A stretch of 64,000 nucleotides of DNA, taken from Camelus dromedarius (taxonomy: Eukaryota). Below are positions 61,838 through 64,000 of the stretch, piece by piece. The position numbers and the translations under genes were made by a program. Location of the stretch: the NCBI RefSeq assembly GCF_036321535.1, contig NC_087436.1, forward strand, positions 65,784,001-65,848,000, given 5' to 3'. Every line of letters starts with the position of its first letter. The first letter of the stretch is position 1. The notes beneath the pieces are model-generated. The model worked only from the letters and a program-made list of their open reading frames with translations, was not told the DNA's origin and did no database searches.

Positions 61838-62450
61838 TCTAGCCACTTCTCACTATTCTGCCTCTCCTACCCTGTTGCAAGCCACCATCATCTCTTGTCA
61901 AGATTATTCAATTGTCTCCTAACTGATCTCCAGGTTTCTGTTCTTTCTCTTCTAAATCTATTTTTCACAAAATAGTCATATTGTTCCTTTGAATGTATGT
62001 AGAATTCATGCTATGCCTCACAACTTTTAGAAGTCCCCCATCTTTACCATGATAAAAAACAAAGTCTTTATTATGGTGGATAAGACCACACACATTCGTG
62101 AGCCCTCTGCTTTTCTTGGACCTCATTTTTTCTTCTCCATTCCTTCACCCATTTCTAGGCTTTGCTCCACCTATACTGGCCTCCTTGCTCTTCCTTGAAC
62201 GTGCTAATCATGTGTTTGGTGCTGGGGTTTGTACTTACTGTTCCCTCTCCCTGGAATGCTCACCCCTGAGATACCTGACATGCCTCTTCCTTTCACTTTC
62301 TTCAAGTTTCTTTTCAAACATCACTTTGTCAGTCAAGTTTCCATTGACCATACTCCATAAAATAGCACCTCAGTCTCTTATAATTCACCATTTCACTCAC
62401 CTCAATTTATTTCTCTCCATAGCACTTATCCTTTTCTGACACAGTATATA
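61838..62450 (+). mobile_element. L2a 3' portion
   Basis: ccacttctcact...caagccaccatcatctcttg...tcctaactgatctcc...ctggcctccttgctcttccttgaac...catagcacttatc. Confidence 0.85.
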
Positions 62451-62629
62451 TTTAAACAATTCATAAAGTAATAAAGCAATAATTTATGATTATCTGTGGT
62501 ATTTTATCACATGTGAACTGAAGACATTGAATTTAAAGGAAAAAGAAATAAAAGGAAAAATGAATATTTATATATCATTTTTTTGAAATAAGCACTAAAG
62601 TTTCTTAATTCCAGAAATAGGAAATAAAA

Positions 62630-62860
62630 TTCAGCTACTGCCATTTGGTTGCTTACAGTCTAGTTGGAGAAGTGGTCATAAAGATCTGATGGCATCTCTA
62701 CGTCTTAGGAGAAACGTGGAGGATTTCATAGGGAAGGTGATATCTAACTAGGTCTTGAAGAATATGTAAAACACCAGGATGGATAAAAGAGGAAAGACAT
62801 TCCAATCAGAGGACCAACACAGAACTATGAAATAGTGATGGCAAGCTCAGTAGTTGACTG
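62630..62860 (-). mobile_element. Decayed L2 fragment
   Basis: gcttacagtctagttggaga...ttcatagggaaggtgatatctaactaggtcttgaagaat...gacattccaatcagagg. Confidence 0.55.
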
Positions 62861-64000
62861 GCTAAGACAAAAAGAAGCCAAGATGTTTTCTAATTATTTT
62901 GGTTTTTTTCACCTCTTTGGATTTAAAATCTAGAAAAAAAGTTTGAAAATACATTTTATCTTTCTGAATAATTACTGCAGAATAGTATAACTATGTAAAA
63001 ATATCTGTTACCACACAATCTGTTTTAAATAGTTTTTATTTTAGAACACTGATTGGAGTAGGTATGTAAAATTTCTTCACTTTTTCATCTTCATCTGAGT
63101 GTGTGCTTTAGTTTGAGTTTTATTCTCCAAAGGACATTAATTTTTAATGAATGTATGCCAATTCATGTAAAAAATAAAAAATCTTATTACTATGTGGAAA
63201 TAATTTGTTTTACTACTTTACTTCATTTTTGTCAAGTGCATATGAATAAGCAAGTCCAAATAAACTTTTGCTTTATTTTTTTGCTAAAAAATTCATATTT
63301 TGAGTTCTCTGAATCACGTGGTTTCTTCTTTTACTCCTATTCCCTGTTATGTTAAAATAACTGCATTTTTATCATGCAATTTCAGTATATACATACTTGT
63401 CTCCTGGCAATGCTGCATAAAAAATTAAGAATGTAATGCATTTATGTTGAAATTAAATAACCTAGAAAATATCAACATTTCCTTGAAAGAAAAGCTTGCC
63501 AAAAATTACTATTTAAAACAATACACTCAAAAATTTTTAATTGCAATGACTTCTTAAATATAAAACTGTTTACTGAAAATTAAATTCATTCACTTTCTTT
63601 CTGCATTTTAAAATAAAAATACATGACTAAATTGATCTAACACAGATCTGTTCACTGAAACATGCCAACCAAGTGTAAATTAAATTTTGTTTTTGTTAGG
63701 TTTAAAGGATTGGCTTCCATTTAACAATCCATAATATTTATGTCTCAACGTTTATCTAATTTTGTCTAACTACTGCAGATTCTACATGTTTGATTCTGAC
63801 AAACCTATCCAGGATGTTAACTGGCCTGATCTTATTATATGAGAAAAACAAATGCATAAAAATTCAATTTGTAGTGATACAGAATTGGAACAACTGTATT
63901 TGCTACAATGATATGATATTCTACCTATTGTGTGACACACTGTAAGAAACAGTCCTTCTACTATCTTACTCCATCACATGAAACTTTAAAAAGAATTGAT

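Noticed and set aside
63397..63412. 16-nt minus-strand microexon-like segment (also 17-nt plus at ~63045-63061 and 18-nt plus at ~560-577)
   Set aside because: Isolated and too short to distinguish from chance splice-like matches in AT-rich DNA.

Overview
AT-rich, gene-poor mammalian (eutherian) genomic DNA, intergenic or deep intronic. It is probably from a camelid-like cetartiodactyl; this is an inference from the young L1 3' tails, the MER41-like LTRs and the apparent absence of pig or ruminant tRNA-SINEs. No intact protein-coding gene, RNA gene or CRISPR is supportable. Nearly all listed ORFs are chance ORFs or decayed transposon ORFs. Much of the window is layered transposon fossils: L1, L2, MIR, MaLR (MLT1), an ERVL (MER21-like) provirus, an ancient class I ERV with a His-like PBS that is interrupted by a MER34-like LTR, two MER41-like solo LTRs, MER8 and a Kanga/Tc2 DNA transposon. 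The most notable element is a ~2.9 kb, TSD-flanked, 5'-complete L1 (45527-48437, minus strand). It keeps the 5'UTR, ORF1 and 3' end but lacks almost all of ORF2, and its junction looks like a splice junction, making it a candidate half-L1 (HAL1)-like or spliced non-autonomous retroelement. A few low-confidence small exon candidates and a CTCF motif are also noted. Repeat family names come from recalled consensus similarity, not database searches, and boundaries of old repeats are approximate.
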